Shown here piece after piece: positions 9,761-11,000 of a stretch of DNA of 11,000 nucleotides. Made by a program: the position numbers and the translations under genes. Under the pieces are notes generated by a model that saw nothing but the letters and a program-made list of their open reading frames with translations, had not been told where the DNA came from and did no database searches. The DNA lies in assembly GCA_030704615.1 (NCBI GenBank), contig JAKLZA010000289.1, positions 1 through 11,000 of the forward strand, read 5' to 3'. This DNA is from Takakia lepidozioides (Eukaryota; Plantae; Bryophyta). Position 1 is the stretch's first letter. Each line of letters begins with the position of its first letter.

Positions 9761-10555
9761 GAAATGGGGCACCGCATTTCCAAAATTTTGGCAACTCTAA
9801 GAACCTCTTTTGGAAATGCGGCACCGCATTTCCAAAACAGGGGAGGGACTAAATTTTCCATTTCAATGTTGGCATAGTAAAAAGTAATCTGATTGAAATG
9901 CGGTGCCGCATTTCCAAAATTTCCTTTGTCCACACGCCAGTTTTGGCCTCTCCCGCTCATTGCATGGATGCCACCACGCTTACAGAGGTCGAACAACGAG
10001 GTCGAACAAGGAGGTCGACATGGCGGGATTGAAAATGCGGTGCCGCATTTCAGTATTGGGGATGGTCGTTGTTCGAACTGCAGGCCCATCAGCAAAAATT
10101 GGCACCGCATTCCATTGTTAAAAAAAAGTCGATGACGGACATGGAAATGCGGCGCCGCATTTCCAGAACGGACATCGCAATTTGTCCATTTGCAGACCCT
10201 CTCTCGGAAATGCGGTAACGCATTCCATCGCGCTGGTCGGAAATGTCACACTTTTCGAAGTGTTGTACGGAAATGCGGCACCGCATTCCCTTGTCCAAAA
10301 AGAAGTTTCCATTGCCAAGCTGGAAATGCGTCGCCGCATTTGCAATGCCAACCTCGTTTTCTGATCAATTTATAGACCCGTGTTGGTATTTCGTGTACCT
10401 GGACGGAAATGATGCACCGCATTTTCTTGTCGGACATGGAAATGCGGTGCCGCATTTCGATGCGGACATGGAAATGCGGCACCGCATTTCGATCCCGACA
10501 TGGAAATGCGGCGCCGCATTTCGATGCCGACATGGTAATGCGGCGCCACATTTCA
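9761..10555. repeat. Array 2: ~14 copies of the same palindrome downstream of the accessory gene
   Basis: GAAATG anchors at about 9761, 9813, 9895, 10032, 10094 (degenerate), 10144, 10207, 10270, 10323, 10406, 10439, 10471, 10503 and 10535. Example: TTTTGGAAATGCGGCACCGCATTTCCAAAA at 9808-9837. Confidence 0.95.
9985..10020. repeat. 13-bp tandem repeat (~3 units)
   Basis: GAGGTCGAACAAC GAGGTCGAACAAG GAGGTCGACA. Confidence 0.7.
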
Positions 10556-10568
10556 ATGTCCGACATGG
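10433..10568. repeat. 32-bp tandem repeat (4+ units), each unit carrying one palindrome
   Basis: GACATGG anchors at 10433, 10465, 10497, 10529 and 10562; unit GACATGGAAATGCGGNNCCGCATTTCGATNCN. Confidence 0.9.
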
Positions 10569-10811
10569 CGTTACTCTGGTATATTCTTGACACATGACTC
10601 ACATACCGGTTACTCTGCTATATTCATCCGGACAGACACATTGTAGAAATGAGACATCAAATTGTAAACAGTGGGCCAATTCCGACAGTTATTCAACACA
10701 ATGAAACACAATCATACAGAAGTGAGGTACGATGGGTTTATTGATCGGACATGATGTCTCACATTTACCAACTGCAGACAAAACTAAGCCCTTCCTCCTT
10801 CTACATGGGCT

Positions 10812-11000
10812 TCACCAAGTCGACGGAACTTCGATACCCCTCAAAACAAGCTCATCACTGCTGCGGCACCTCGAGGTAAACTGCAATTCGGTCGTTCTGC
10901 TGCCCTTGCTGGAGCCGACGACAATGTCATATCCATCAATGATACCACCATCATACATTGACAAGGTCACTGTGGGCCTCATGTGCCCGTGCGATTCGTC
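10812..11000 (-). CDS. Possible 3' end of a convergent unknown gene
   Basis: The minus frame is open from the window end to TGA at 10814-10812 (DESHGHMRPTVTLSMYDGGIIDGYDIVVGSSKGSRTTELQFTSRCRSSDELVLRGIEVPSTW*). No recognisable motif. Confidence 0.25.
   Translation of the reverse strand, partial: DESHGHMRPTVTLSMYDGGIIDGYDIVVGSSKGSRTTELQFTSRCRSSDELVLRGIEVPSTW

Larger units (their letters stand above)
1..10570. mobile_element. Probable large Mutator-like element (transposase, accessory gene, shared palindrome arrays); termini not visible
   Basis: The same palindrome links the transposase 5' flank, the accessory gene introns and its 3' flank. No TIR or TSD could be identified within the window. 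Confidence 0.6.

Noticed and set aside
9761-10555. Rho-independent terminators or bacterial REP/BIME elements
   Set aside because: The context is eukaryotic, the hairpins have only a 2-nt centre and no consistent U-tract, and no RAYT-like gene is present.
2329-10555. Arrays 1 and 2 as terminal inverted repeats of one element
   Set aside because: Only the self-complementary core is shared. Spacers and periods differ, so no extended TIR is evident.
9585-10602. ORFs over array 2
   Set aside because: Same palindrome-translation artefact.

Overview
Eukaryotic transposon-like DNA with short GT-AG introns. My guess at the host is a non-seed plant or streptophyte alga, which is an inference. The sequence has many 1-2 nt frameshifts, so it is either a decayed copy or an error-prone long-read assembly. 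Left (1-~2320, minus strand): a Mutator/MULE-type DDE transposase whose 3' end runs out of the window. Right (4472-9623, plus strand, divergent): a multi-exon accessory gene. When reassembled across introns and frameshifts it encodes a ParB/Srx-like domain (DGNHR), a helical middle region, a beta-class amino-(N6A/N4C) DNA methyltransferase-like domain (DMIILDIPDG ... VLDL[M]CGTG) and an acidic tail. One ~22-26 bp palindrome, (AC)GGAAATGCGG-NN-CCGCATTTCC(GT), occurs ~30 times between the genes at a ~53-bp period in a five-spacer higher-order repeat. It also occurs ~14 times downstream of the accessory gene and singly in three of its introns. Site spacings cluster near multiples of ~10.5 bp. Candidate novel system: a MULE carrying a ParB-MTase protein plus helically phased, parS/operator-like palindrome arrays. 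All domain calls are by eye from motifs; no database search was run.
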